In this document: positions 9,521-18,719 of the stretch, one piece after another
How the letters are laid out: the number at the start of each line of letters is the position of its first letter
Numbering within the stretch: the first letter of the stretch is position 1
From: Candidatus Palauibacter sp.
GTDB lineage: Bacteria; Gemmatimonadota; Gemmatimonadetes; Palauibacterales; Palauibacteraceae
Direction of reading: 5' to 3'
Length of the DNA stretch: 64,000 nt
Assembly: GCF_965208055.1 (NCBI RefSeq)
Contig: NZ_CBDBNY010000004.1
Span: 640,155-704,154 of the forward strand
Notes under the pieces: model-generated
The model's database searches: none
What the model saw: the letters and a program-made list of their open reading frames with translations, nothing else
What the model was told of the DNA's origin: nothing
Position numbers and translations under genes: made by a program

Positions 9521-12500
9521 TCGATCTGGCCATCCGCCGACCGGTGGCGACCGCGGCGATCTACGTCGCCCTCTTCGCGCTCGGCGTGACGAGCTTCCGG
9601 CTCATTCCGGTCGAGGACCTGCCCGAAGTCGAGTTCCCCCGCCTCACGGTCACCGCCATTTGGAACGGCGCCTCGCCCGAGGCGTTGGAGGCGTTCGTGA
9701 CGGCGCCGCTGGAGACGGTCATTCAGCAGGTCGGCGGGGTGGAAAAGGTCGTTTCGGAGTCCGCCGCCGATGCGCGCGGGACGGGTTCCAGCGTCCGGAT
9801 CGACATCGATTTCGAGCGCGAGACGCGGATGGAGTTTGCCCGCCTCGAGCTGAGCGAGCGGATCAACTCGATCCGGGATGAGTTGCCCGAGGGCGTGATG
9901 CCCGGCATCTCCGAGTACGTGCCGCAGGAATTCGCGGAGGAAGAGGAGCAACTCCTCACCTTTTCGCTGACAGGCCCCTATACGTTCGCGCGCCTCGGGG
10001 AGATCGCCGAGGAGGAGATCGAGCCGTTCGTGCGGGGACTGCCGGGCGTGTCCGCGGTGGAGGTCTACGGGGCCGAACGCCGCGAGATCGCCGTCGAACT
10101 CGACCGGGGCCGGCTGGAGGCGCTCGGGCTGCGGCCGGAGCAGGTCAGCGACCGGATCGTCGAGCTTTCCGAGCCGAAAGCTCCGGGTTCGGTCGAACTC
10201 GACGGACGGCAGTTCGCCATCGCCGTCCGCACCCGGGCGCTCGAGGTGTCCGACATCGCGGAGATGATCGTCCTCACGCGGCCGGATGGACCCATCCGCG
10301 TCGGGGATCTGGGACAGGTGCGCGACCAGACCGAAGATCCGATGTTCTTCTGGCGCATCAACTCCCAGCCCACGATCTCGATCAACGTGTACCGCCAGTC
10401 GGGCACGAACGTGATCCAGGTCGCGGACGACGTGAAGGCCGAGATGACCGAACTGGCGTCCGCCCTCCCGGCGGGCGTGGCCCTCGAGTTGCTGCGCGAT
10501 CAGAGCGAGAACATCCGGGAGCAGATCACGGAGCTTCGGCTCCGGGCCATCGCGGCCGCGATCGTAATCTTCATCGTACTCACGATCTTCCTGCGGTCGC
10601 TCGGCGCCGTCCTCGTCGTGTTTGCGACGATCGGCTTCAGCATCCTGACCGCGGTAAACTTCCTCTACATCGGCGGTTTCTCGCTGAACCTGCTCACGCT
10701 GTGGGGCCTCGCGTGGGGGTTCGGCCTCGTTGTCGACAACGGGATCGTCGTGCTCGAGAACGTCGAGCGTCACCGTCGGGGGGGTGCGGGTCCATCCGAT
10801 GCGGCGCGCCGCGGGGCGCGCCAGGTCGTCCTGCCGGTCCTCGCCGCGACGATGACGACCGCGATCGTGCTCGTACCCTTCCTCTTCCTGCAGGGCGAGT
10901 TGCGCGTCTACTACCTCCCGCTCTCGTTCGCCGTGGGCTTTTCGATCATCGCGAGCCTTTTCGTCGCGTTCACCTTCGTCCCGGCCCTCGCCTCGCGGGT
11001 CGCCCGCATGCGGGACTCCGCCGGGGCCGTGGTCGATCCGGCCGTGACGACCGGGGAGGCCGCGTCGGCGCCGACGCGACGGTCCGAACCGTTCTACATC
11101 GCGGGATATCGGTCGCTCCTCGGGTTCGCGCTGCGGCACCCCGTCGTCATCGCGGCCATCTGCCTCGGGAGTCTCGCCGGGAGTTGGTATCTGTTCGACG
11201 AGCACGTGAACACGGGGAGCTACTGGAGCGGATTCGGCGGGCGTGGCAGCGGCATCACGATCACGATCAGCTTCCCGCGCGGCGCCGGACTGGAGCGCAC
11301 GGACGAACTCGCGCGCTCCTTCGAGGCGAAGCTCGCCACGATCGATGAAGTGGAACGCTTCGAGGCGCGGGTCCAGCCGAACTACGCCCGCATGCGCGCG
11401 GAATTCACGGAGGAGATCGAGCATACGTCGATCCCGGTGGCCATCAAGGACCAGATGGTGGCCTACAGTTACGGGTTCTCGGGTGTCGACGTCTTTGTCC
11501 GGGGATACGGTCCCAGCTTCTACGGCGGCGGCTCGAGTCCGCCCAACTACAGTCTCCAGGTGCTCGGGTACAACTACCTCACGGTGCAGGAGATCGCCGA
11601 GGAGATCGCGTCGCGGCTGACGCGATTCTCCCGCATCCGCGACGTGGACCCGAACGCGAACAGCTCTTGGTACCAGAACGACAAGGAATTCGAGTACTAC
11701 GTGGAGCCGGACCGGGAGGCGCTGGCCGCCTACGATCTCCCCGTTGAGCAGCTGCTCGATTACGTGTCGCGCAACATTGAGGGCCGTCCGTCCGGGAGCC
11801 GGATCCGGGTGGGCGGAGAGGAGGTCCAGTACGCCGTCAAGGTGGACGGGTATCGCGAGTTCGACTTCTACGATCTGAGCGACCTGCGGGTGCCGATCTC
11901 CTCCCGCGAGGAACTCCGGCTCGCCAGCGTGGCCGAGGTGGGGCGCCGGCAGGTCCTGGCCAGCATCCGGCGTGAAGACCAGCAGTACGAGAGGACCGTG
12001 GCCTGGGAGTTCAGGGGGCCGGCAAAGCTCGGCGACGTGGTGCGCGACGCGGTGGTGGACGCGATGGAACTGCCGCCGGGATACAGGATCGAGGAGTCCC
12101 GTTTCGGGGGCTGGACGACGGAGGAGACGACGCAGATGTGGGTCGTCCTCGCCTTCTCCATCCTCCTCATCTACATGGTGACCGCGGGGCTGTTCGAGTC
12201 GCTCGCGGCGCCGTTCGTCGTGCTCTTCTCGCTGCCGTTCGCCCTCATCGGCGTCTTCCTCATCTTCTTCTATACCGACGCCACCTTCACCCGCACCGCG
12301 TTCATCGGCACGATCATGATGGGCGGCATCGTCGTGAACAACGCCATCCTCGTGGTCTACCACATCGGCGAGGTGCGCAAACGCATGCCGACGGGCGCGG
12401 CGATCGTGCAGGGGACGCTGGAGCGCGTGCGCCCCATCCTCATGACGACGCTGACGACGGTGTTCGGACTCCTGCCTCTCGTCCTCTTCGCTCCCTCCCA

Positions 12501-12621
12501 GGATCAGAACATCTGGAACGCGCTCGCGCTGGCGACCATCGGTGGGCTGATCTCGAGTACGTTGTTCGTACTCGTCGCAATTCCGGTCGCATATCGTTAC
12601 ATCGTGGCACGCCGTATCTGA
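9517..12621 (+). CDS. RND efflux permease (AcrB/CzcA superfamily), paralogue 2
   Basis: 1034 aa with the N-terminus MIDLAIRRPVATAAIYVALFALGVTSFRLIPVEDLPEVEFP. ATGA overlap with paralogue 1. Confidence 0.9.
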   Translation: MIDLAIRRPVATAAIYVALFALGVTSFRLIPVEDLPEVEFPRLTVTAIWNGASPEALEAFVTAPLETVIQQVGGVEKVVSESAADARGTGSSVRIDIDFERETRMEFARLELSERINSIRDELPEGVMPGISEYVPQEFAEEEEQLLTFSLTGPYTFARLGEIAEEEIEPFVRGLPGVSAVEVYGAERREIAVELDRGRLEALGLRPEQVSDRIVELSEPKAPGSVELDGRQFAIAVRTRALEVSDIAEMIVLTRPDGPIRVGDLGQVRDQTEDPMFFWRINSQPTISINVYRQSGTNVIQVADDVKAEMTELASALPAGVALELLRDQSENIREQITELRLRAIAAAIVIFIVLTIFLRSLGAVLVVFATIGFSILTAVNFLYIGGFSLNLLTLWGLAWGFGLVVDNGIVVLENVERHRRGGAGPSDAARRGARQVVLPVLAATMTTAIVLVPFLFLQGELRVYYLPLSFAVGFSIIASLFVAFTFVPALASRVARMRDSAGAVVDPAVTTGEAASAPTRRSEPFYIAGYRSLLGFALRHPVVIAAICLGSLAGSWYLFDEHVNTGSYWSGFGGRGSGITITISFPRGAGLERTDELARSFEAKLATIDEVERFEARVQPNYARMRAEFTEEIEHTSIPVAIKDQMVAYSYGFSGVDVFVRGYGPSFYGGGSSPPNYSLQVLGYNYLTVQEIAEEIASRLTRFSRIRDVDPNANSSWYQNDKEFEYYVEPDREALAAYDLPVEQLLDYVSRNIEGRPSGSRIRVGGEEVQYAVKVDGYREFDFYDLSDLRVPISSREELRLASVAEVGRRQVLASIRREDQQYERTVAWEFRGPAKLGDVVRDAVVDAMELPPGYRIEESRFGGWTTEETTQMWVVLAFSILLIYMVTAGLFESLAAPFVVLFSLPFALIGVFLIFFYTDATFTRTAFIGTIMMGGIVVNNAILVVYHIGEVRKRMPTGAAIVQGTLERVRPILMTTLTTVFGLLPLVLFAPSQDQNIWNALALATIGGLISSTLFVLVAIPVAYRYIVARRI

Positions 12622-12690
12622 CGGCACGCCCGGCGGCAGGCCTCGGTCTGCCGGGGCGCACAAGACACACAAAAGCTGACGGGGGTCGAG

Positions 12691-13377
12691 ATGGTACGGT
12701 CGCGTCTATCCAGGTCCGGTTTCAGGCCGGGTTGGTTGCTCCTCGGGTGTCTGGTGGCGGGAGTCGCCTGTGAGGGGGGTGGAGGGCCGAGCGAATTCCT
12801 GCGGAACCCGGCTTTGGCAGAGGTGAACATGACGGCTCCGGAGACTTTTCAGGCTCGTTTCGAGACTTCGAAGGGAACGTTCGTGGTGGAGGCGCACCGC
12901 CAGTGGGCCCCCAACGGCGTGGACCGCTTCTACAACCTGGTGGAGAACGGGTTCTTCGACGACGTGAGGTTCTTCCGCGTGATCGCCGGTTTCATGGCGC
13001 AGTTCGGGATCAACGGAGACCCGGAGATCCAGAGCGCGTGGCGGGAGGCGAACATCCAGGATGACCCGGTGGTAACGGGGAATACGCGCGGGCGGGTGAG
13101 CTTTGCCCAGACGTCGATGCCGAACAGCCGGAGCACGCAGCTCTTCATCAACTTCGGCGACAACTCGCGTCTCGACGGGATGGGGTTCGCGGCCATCGGC
13201 GAGGTGATTTCGGGTATGGATGTCGTCGACGCGCTGTATTCCGGGTACGGCGAGGGGGCGCCGGGCGGGAGCGGGCCGAGCCAGGGGCGGATTCAGGAGG
13301 AAGGGAACGCCTACCTGGAGGCGGAGTTCGCCGAACTGGACTACATCGAGCGGGCGACGATCAGCGGTGGGAATTAG
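12691..13377 (+). CDS. peptidyl-prolyl cis-trans isomerase, cyclophilin type, probable lipoprotein/secreted
   Basis: Cyclophilin core (FFRVIAGFMAQFG…SMPNSRSTQLFINFGDN) preceded by a signal sequence with an LLGC lipobox-like motif. Confidence 0.85.
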   Translation: MVRSRLSRSGFRPGWLLLGCLVAGVACEGGGGPSEFLRNPALAEVNMTAPETFQARFETSKGTFVVEAHRQWAPNGVDRFYNLVENGFFDDVRFFRVIAGFMAQFGINGDPEIQSAWREANIQDDPVVTGNTRGRVSFAQTSMPNSRSTQLFINFGDNSRLDGMGFAAIGEVISGMDVVDALYSGYGEGAPGGSGPSQGRIQEEGNAYLEAEFAELDYIERATISGGN

Positions 13378-14539
13378 CAGGACGGGCAGCAGGACGGGCA
13401 GCCGGACGGGGTCGGCGGCGCTCGTCCTCGCGGCCATGACGGTGCTGCCGCCCACGGACGCCAGCGGTCAGGAGGCGGGGCAGGTCGGCGGGGAGCGGCC
13501 GCGCGCGCGGGATGCGGGCGTGCTCATCGGGAGGCTGCCGGCGGGACCGCTGAACGCGATCACGGACGTGCCCGGGGTGCGGGTGGGCCACCGCACGGTG
13601 TGGGTGGGCGACTCGATCCGCACCGGAGTCACCGCGATTCTCCCGCACGGGGACAATGTCTTCGAGCGGCGGGTGCGGGCGGCGATCGCGGTCGGGAACG
13701 GCTTCGGCAAGCTCGTGGGGCTGAGCCAGGTCAACGAACTGGGCGAACTCGAGACGCCGATCCTTCTCACGGGGACGCTGAGCGTGTTCCGCGCGGCGGA
13801 TGCGCTCCTGGACACGCTCCTCTCGCTCCCGGCGAACCGCGACGTGCGGTCGATGAATCCGGTCGTCGGGGAGACGAACGACGGATACCTGAGCGACATC
13901 CGCGTGCGCCCGATCCGGCCCGAGCATGTGCGCGAGGCGCTGCGGACCGCGGCGAGCGGCCCCGTGGAGGAGGGGTCGGTCGGGGCCGGGACGGGGACGA
14001 TCGCATTCGGCTGGAAGGGCGGCATCGGGACCTCGTCGCGCCGGTTCGAGATCGGCGGGCGGATCGTGAACGTCGGCGTGCTCGTGCAGAGCAACTTCGG
14101 CGGCTCGCTGCGGATCGATGGCGTGCGCGTGGGAGAGAAGCTCGCCGCGGCCGGCCTGCGCGGAGGGCGCGACCAGGGGGATGGCGACGGTTCCGTGATG
14201 ATCGTGATCGCGACGGACCTGCCGCTGGCGCACCGCGAACTGGACCGGGTGGCCGACCGCGCGTTCATGGGGATCGCCCGCACGGGGTCGTACATGTCGC
14301 ACGGCTCGGGCGACTACGCGATCGCCTTCTCGACTGACGAGGGGGCTGCGATCCGGGACGGCCGCTCGTTGTCCCGCGTCTTCGAGGCGGTGGTCGAGGC
14401 GACGGACGAAGCCGTCATCAACTCCCTGTTCGGGGCGACGTCGGTGACGGGGCATCGGGGGCGGACGGTCGAATCGCTCCCGCTCGAACCCGCGCTGCGG
14501 CTGCTCCGCGAGGCGGGCGTCCTCGGGACGCCGCGGTGA
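13367..14539 (+). CDS. DmpA/S58 (P1) family aminopeptidase/amidase with signal peptide
   Basis: S58/DmpA-like sequence (…GVTAILPHG…GETNDGYLSD…AGTGTIAFGWKGGIGTSSR…). The only in-frame start upstream of the hydrophobic signal segment is GTG 13367 (MGISRTGSRTGSRTGSAALVLAAMTVLPPTDA|SG). ATG 13433 is the alternative. The start is uncertain. Confidence 0.7.
   Translation: MGISRTGSRTGSRTGSAALVLAAMTVLPPTDASGQEAGQVGGERPRARDAGVLIGRLPAGPLNAITDVPGVRVGHRTVWVGDSIRTGVTAILPHGDNVFERRVRAAIAVGNGFGKLVGLSQVNELGELETPILLTGTLSVFRAADALLDTLLSLPANRDVRSMNPVVGETNDGYLSDIRVRPIRPEHVREALRTAASGPVEEGSVGAGTGTIAFGWKGGIGTSSRRFEIGGRIVNVGVLVQSNFGGSLRIDGVRVGEKLAAAGLRGGRDQGDGDGSVMIVIATDLPLAHRELDRVADRAFMGIARTGSYMSHGSGDYAIAFSTDEGAAIRDGRSLSRVFEAVVEATDEAVINSLFGATSVTGHRGRTVESLPLEPALRLLREAGVLGTPR
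13376..13411 (+). repeat. 12-bp tandem repeat x3 (agcaggacgggc agcaggacgggc agccggacgggg)
   Basis: Direct inspection. The array starts on the cyclophilin stop codon and encodes (SRTG)3 in the N-region of the following peptidase. Confidence 0.85.
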
Positions 14540-16242
14540 AACCGCTGATTCCCGCATCCGAGCAGCCGCCGCTGCCGCGGGGGCGCCTCATCGTCGAAGG
14601 GGACCCCGACTCGGAGGCCGTGCCGCTTGATGTCCTGTTCGTAGGTGGAGGTCCCGCCGGGCTGGCTGGCGCGATCCGGCTAGCTCAGCTGGCGACGCGC
14701 GACCGCGCGGAGGGCGGGCCCCTCGCCGACCTCGAGATCGGCGTGCTCGAGAAGTCGCGTGAACTCGGGGAACACTGTCTCTCCGGGGCGGTCGTGAACC
14801 CGGAAGCCTTTCAGATGCTCTTTCCGGACCTCGGCGAGGCGGATCTTCCGCTCCGGGGCCGCGTGGCGGGCGACCGGGTGCTGCTCCTCACTCAACGCGG
14901 AAAGGTCCGGGTCCCGACCCCGCCGTCGATGCGGAACCACGGCCATCATGTGGGCTCGATCTGCGAGATCGTGCGCTGGCTGGGTGCGAAGGCGGAGGAG
15001 CTCGGGGTCAACGTATTCACGGGGTTCCCCGCCGAGGCGCTCCTCATGCGCGGAGGGCACGTCCTGGGCGTCCGCACGACGCCGGCCGGCCTTGACCGGG
15101 AGGGGAATCCGGCGGGCGGCTACATGCCGGCCACGGACCTCTCCGCGCGGGCCACCGTTCTCGCCGAGGGGACTCGCGGGCCTCTGAGCCAGGCCTGGCT
15201 CGAGCGAGAGGGCGTCGGCTCGGCCAACCCGCAGATCTTCGCGCTCGGAGTCAAGGAACTGTGGGAGGTCGCGCAGCCGCCCGATGCGGTCACACATACG
15301 ATGGGCTGGCCGCTTCCGCGGGATGCCTTCGGGGGCAGTTTCATCTACCCCATGGGTGGAAATCTCGTGTCGCTCGGTCTCGTCGTGGGTCTGGACGCGC
15401 CCTACGTCGACCTCGACGTGCACGCGCTGTTGCAGCGCTTCAAGCAGCACCCGTTCGTGCGCAGTATCCTGGATGGCGGCGAACTCGTGGAGTGGGGAGC
15501 GAAGACGATTCCGGAGGGCGGATACCACGCCATCCCCGACCGCCTGAGCGGGGATGGGTTGCTCATTGCGGGAGATGCCGCGGGACTCGTGGATGTCGCG
15601 TCTCTGAAGGGCATCCACTACGCGATGCGGTCGGGAATTCTCGCGGCGGATGCCATCGGCCGGGCCTTGTCGGACGGGCACGACGGAGCGGAGAGCGCGC
15701 AGGGCGCTGTCTCCGCGGCTCGACTGGCGTCCTACGACGCGGCACTGAGGGAGAGCCTCATCCGGGACCCGCTGTACCGCAACCGAAACCAGCGGCTCGC
15801 CTTCAAGTCCGGATTCTTCTCGGGCGGCGTCAAGGCAGGGATCATGCAGGCCACGGGTGGCACGTTCCCCGGCGCCCGCATCCGGAGCGAGCCCGATGCG
15901 GCGCGCCCTCGCCGCAAGCGACTGGACCTCAAGTCGGTGTACGAAGGGGAGCACGCCGTCGCCAAGGTCGACGCGGTCTTCCGCTCCGGCAACGCGACCC
16001 GGGATGACATCCCCTCGCACCTCGTCATGGGGGAAGAAGAGGGGGAAGAAGCGGGAGAAGCCGTATCGCCGGAGATGGCGGAGTTGTACGAGAGCCTTTG
16101 CCCGGCGGCCGTGTACGAGCGCGATGGCGACCGCCTGGTCGTGAACGCGCCGAACTGCATCGACTGCAAGGCGACGGATGTCCTGGGTCCGCGCTGGACG
16201 CCGCGGGAGGGCGGCAGCGGACCGGTCTACAAGAGGATGTGA
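14536..16242 (+). CDS. electron-transfer flavoprotein:ubiquinone oxidoreductase (ETF-QO)
   Basis: 568 aa with an FAD-binding N-terminus (DVLFVGGGPAGLAGAI), UQ-binding middle region and a C-terminal 4Fe-4S motif (CPAAVYE…NCIDCKATDV). GTGA overlap with the upstream gene. Confidence 0.85.
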   Translation: MKPLIPASEQPPLPRGRLIVEGDPDSEAVPLDVLFVGGGPAGLAGAIRLAQLATRDRAEGGPLADLEIGVLEKSRELGEHCLSGAVVNPEAFQMLFPDLGEADLPLRGRVAGDRVLLLTQRGKVRVPTPPSMRNHGHHVGSICEIVRWLGAKAEELGVNVFTGFPAEALLMRGGHVLGVRTTPAGLDREGNPAGGYMPATDLSARATVLAEGTRGPLSQAWLEREGVGSANPQIFALGVKELWEVAQPPDAVTHTMGWPLPRDAFGGSFIYPMGGNLVSLGLVVGLDAPYVDLDVHALLQRFKQHPFVRSILDGGELVEWGAKTIPEGGYHAIPDRLSGDGLLIAGDAAGLVDVASLKGIHYAMRSGILAADAIGRALSDGHDGAESAQGAVSAARLASYDAALRESLIRDPLYRNRNQRLAFKSGFFSGGVKAGIMQATGGTFPGARIRSEPDAARPRRKRLDLKSVYEGEHAVAKVDAVFRSGNATRDDIPSHLVMGEEEGEEAGEAVSPEMAELYESLCPAAVYERDGDRLVVNAPNCIDCKATDVLGPRWTPREGGSGPVYKRM

Positions 16243-16270
16243 GCCCGGCGGGCCGACACGGCCTGCCGGG

Positions 16271-17506
16271 TCAGCGCGTCCCGGTCGCCCGCGCGGCGTT
16301 CCAGCCGAGGAGCGAGAACGCGTCGGCGACCTGCTCGTACCCCGTCCGCATCAGGAAGGCGGAGTTCTTGCCGAAGCTCTTCGCGCCCAGGATGAAGAAG
16401 CCCGGTTCGGGATTCCTCAAGGTCTCGGGTCCGAGCGTGCCCTCGGCGATGCAGCAGTCGGCGGGCGCGCCGTCCGGCGCGCCCTGAGCGGCGAGAAGCG
16501 CGGCGGAGACGCCCATGGGGCCGAGGGACGCGTAGCAGGCGTGCATCTGGAGTTGGCGATAGAGGCGGTCGTCGGGCTCGTAACCCACGTTCGCCACGAT
16601 CCGGTCGAAACGGTCGCGCCGTATCTGCCCGGCGATCTCCAGGTCGACCTCGAGTCCGCTCGAATCGATTTGCGTCACGGCGAGCAGCCGACTTCGGGAG
16701 AGCCACTCGCAACCGGGCGGCGGTTCGGCGGCGATCGCGTTGGCGCGGCGCGTGAGCTTCACGCGCTCGGGAAGCGGGTCGTCCGCGATCGCCTGCAGCG
16801 GGGCGCTGCGAGCCTCGCGGCTGGCCCAGGTGAACCGCGTCCCCGGGACGGCGCGGGCCAGGGCCCCGAGGGCGCAGGCCGTGGTGGCGGCGGAATGTCC
16901 GCTGCCGAGGAGCAGCGTGCGCCGTGCCGCGTAGCGCTCGCGGTGGGCGCCGAGCGCATCCGGGACGTGGTATTCGATCGCCTGTCGCGCGGACCGCTCG
17001 CCGATGGCGGGGGCGCCGCCCGGGCCCGCCCGGTTGGGCTGCCCGTAGGTCCCCGAGCAGTCGAACACGGTCCCGGCGAACACCTCGGTCTCCGCGCCGT
17101 TCTCCTCGAGAAGAAGCCGGAAGGGCTGGTCGGCCCGGGCTGCGTCGCCGAGCGCCTCGCCCTTCAGCCAGTCCGCCCGGGCCACGTCACGCACGCGCGC
17201 ACCCTTGCGGACCTCCACGCGCGGCTGCAGGGCCGCGGCCAGGGGCAGGAGATAGTGCGCCCGCAACTCCGAGCCCGTGAGCAGCGCCCCCGCCGCCGGC
17301 AGGTCGACCCCGCGGCCGCGCAGAATCTCCAGCCCGACCGGCCCCGCGTTCCACTCGAAGGGGGAGAAGAGTCGCAGCCAACCCCAGGCGCGGACGTGAT
17401 CCGCCACCGTCCCGGCGTCGACCAGGACCGCCCGGAGTCCGCTGCGGGCCGCGCGGGCCGCGGCCTCGAGCCCGATCGGTCCGGCTCCGATGATCGCAAG
17501 ATCCAT
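16271..17506 (-). CDS. class B flavin-dependent monooxygenase-like oxidoreductase (FMO/N-hydroxylase-type)
   Basis: N-terminal FAD Rossmann fold (MDLAIIGAGPIGLEAA), a second dinucleotide site (LLLGSGHSAATTA) and a C-terminal …RFDRIVANVGYEPDD motif resembling the ATGY motif of FMO/NMO enzymes. Confidence 0.6.
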   Translation of the reverse strand: MDLAIIGAGPIGLEAAARAARSGLRAVLVDAGTVADHVRAWGWLRLFSPFEWNAGPVGLEILRGRGVDLPAAGALLTGSELRAHYLLPLAAALQPRVEVRKGARVRDVARADWLKGEALGDAARADQPFRLLLEENGAETEVFAGTVFDCSGTYGQPNRAGPGGAPAIGERSARQAIEYHVPDALGAHRERYAARRTLLLGSGHSAATTACALGALARAVPGTRFTWASREARSAPLQAIADDPLPERVKLTRRANAIAAEPPPGCEWLSRSRLLAVTQIDSSGLEVDLEIAGQIRRDRFDRIVANVGYEPDDRLYRQLQMHACYASLGPMGVSAALLAAQGAPDGAPADCCIAEGTLGPETLRNPEPGFFILGAKSFGKNSAFLMRTGYEQVADAFSLLGWNAARATGTR

Positions 17507-17600
17507 CGCTTGCACGGGTGCTGGCTCCAAATCCTCTGGTTCGCTGACGTCTCGACCGCCCGGTCTTCCCGCTGATTCCGTGGCAACCTACTCTCAGGCG

Positions 17601-18365
17601 ATGATGGATCGCGAGAACCCGAAGCGGGCGAGCGCATCGCCTCCGGATTGGGCCCCGGGCCCCATCACGCGATGGCTGACACCGGTCACTCGCTGGATCA
17701 TCACGAATCTCGTGGCTCCGCCCTGCGTCTTCCTTCTCTTCGGTGTCCTCAATCGAACGCGAGTCTACGGGCGCCGACGAATGTCCCACGTCCCGAACAC
17801 GCTCATCCTCTCGAATCACCAATCGATGATCGACTCGTTTCCGATCGCCTACTACCTGTTTTTCCCCGAGAAGACGTTCAGACCCCACCTCGCGCCCTGG
17901 AATGCGGCCGCGGCGGAGAACTTCTTCAAGAACCCGCTGTTCGCATGGGTGTTCCACCAGTTCAAGTGCATTCCGGTGCGGCGCGGCCGCCGCGATCTGA
18001 GGGCGATGATTCGCTCGGCAAGCGTGCTTCGAACGGGGACGCTCACGCTCTTCCCGGAGGGTACGCGTTCGCGGAACGGCAAGGTCGGACGGGGTCGGGC
18101 CGGCGCGGGCATGGTCATTCTCCAGAACCGCCCACAGGTGGTCCCGATCACGCTGGAGGGGCTGGACCGCGTCCTTCCCATAGGCGCCCGCCTGCCGCGG
18201 GTCGGGCAGCGCGTTTCGATCTACGTGGGTCGGCCCGTTCCGTACGACGACCTGGCCGCCGAAGGCCGTTCGCGAAAGAGCGCCCAACAGATCGTCAATC
18301 GCGTGATGGAACGGATCGCCTTCCAGCAACGCGTTCTCCGGCGGCTGCGCCGCGCCCGCGCGTAA
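17601..18365 (+). CDS. plsC: 1-acyl-sn-glycerol-3-phosphate acyltransferase (lysophospholipid acyltransferase)
   Basis: Carries the HX4D motif (NHQSMID) and FPEGTRS motif. The start is placed at ATG 17601 (MMDRENP…). The ORF-track start at 17490 is probably too early. Confidence 0.8.
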   Translation: MMDRENPKRASASPPDWAPGPITRWLTPVTRWIITNLVAPPCVFLLFGVLNRTRVYGRRRMSHVPNTLILSNHQSMIDSFPIAYYLFFPEKTFRPHLAPWNAAAAENFFKNPLFAWVFHQFKCIPVRRGRRDLRAMIRSASVLRTGTLTLFPEGTRSRNGKVGRGRAGAGMVILQNRPQVVPITLEGLDRVLPIGARLPRVGQRVSIYVGRPVPYDDLAAEGRSRKSAQQIVNRVMERIAFQQRVLRRLRRARA

Positions 18366-18422
18366 CAGGCCAAGGCGCGCCGGGCGCTGGACATCCGCGG
18401 TCGGATCCGACATTCTTCCCAC

Positions 18423-18560
18423 ATGACCATCACACTTTATTACGTCCTCGTGACGATTATGCTCGGACTGCTCGTGGGTCTGCTCATGGGCGGTGGTTTC
18501 GCGTTCGCATGCCGGCTCCGTGAGCTCGATGCGCCGGACGGGGAGGTCCCGCCGGGCTGA
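18423..18560 (+). CDS. candidate 45-aa single-TM small protein (MTITLYYVLVTIMLGLLVGLLMGGGFAFACRLRELDAPDGEVPPG)
   Basis: Read directly from the sequence. The ATG…TGA ORF lies in a locally AT-richer patch downstream of plsC and is not in the ORF track (under 60 aa). It has one strongly hydrophobic 20-aa segment. There is no obvious SD sequence. Confidence 0.3.
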   Translation: MTITLYYVLVTIMLGLLVGLLMGGGFAFACRLRELDAPDGEVPPG

Positions 18561-18719
18561 CCGCACCAGACCGCATTCGCCGATCCCTCCGAACCGCGCA
18601 CCTTCTTCCCGATTTCGTGATCGCGCGCTACTTTACTTGGCTGCGAAGAGTGCGTATTCAGGCCGGAAACGTCGCGCTGCCCGTTTGCGAGCGGAGCGTC
18701 CCGGCCGTCAGAGGTGGAA

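Noticed and set aside
9136-12672. 1178-aa minus-strand ORF antisense to RND permease 2. Similar long antisense or alternative-frame ORFs lie at 6250-8379, 20299-22086, 27365-29506, 32409-33776, 33146-34762, 37060-39246, 46152-48017 and 48751-51522.
   Set aside because: All of them overlap well-supported genes on the other strand or frame. Their translations are low-complexity Arg/Pro/Gly/Ala-rich strings with no recognisable motifs. They are the expected artefact of ~70% GC, where stop codons are rare.
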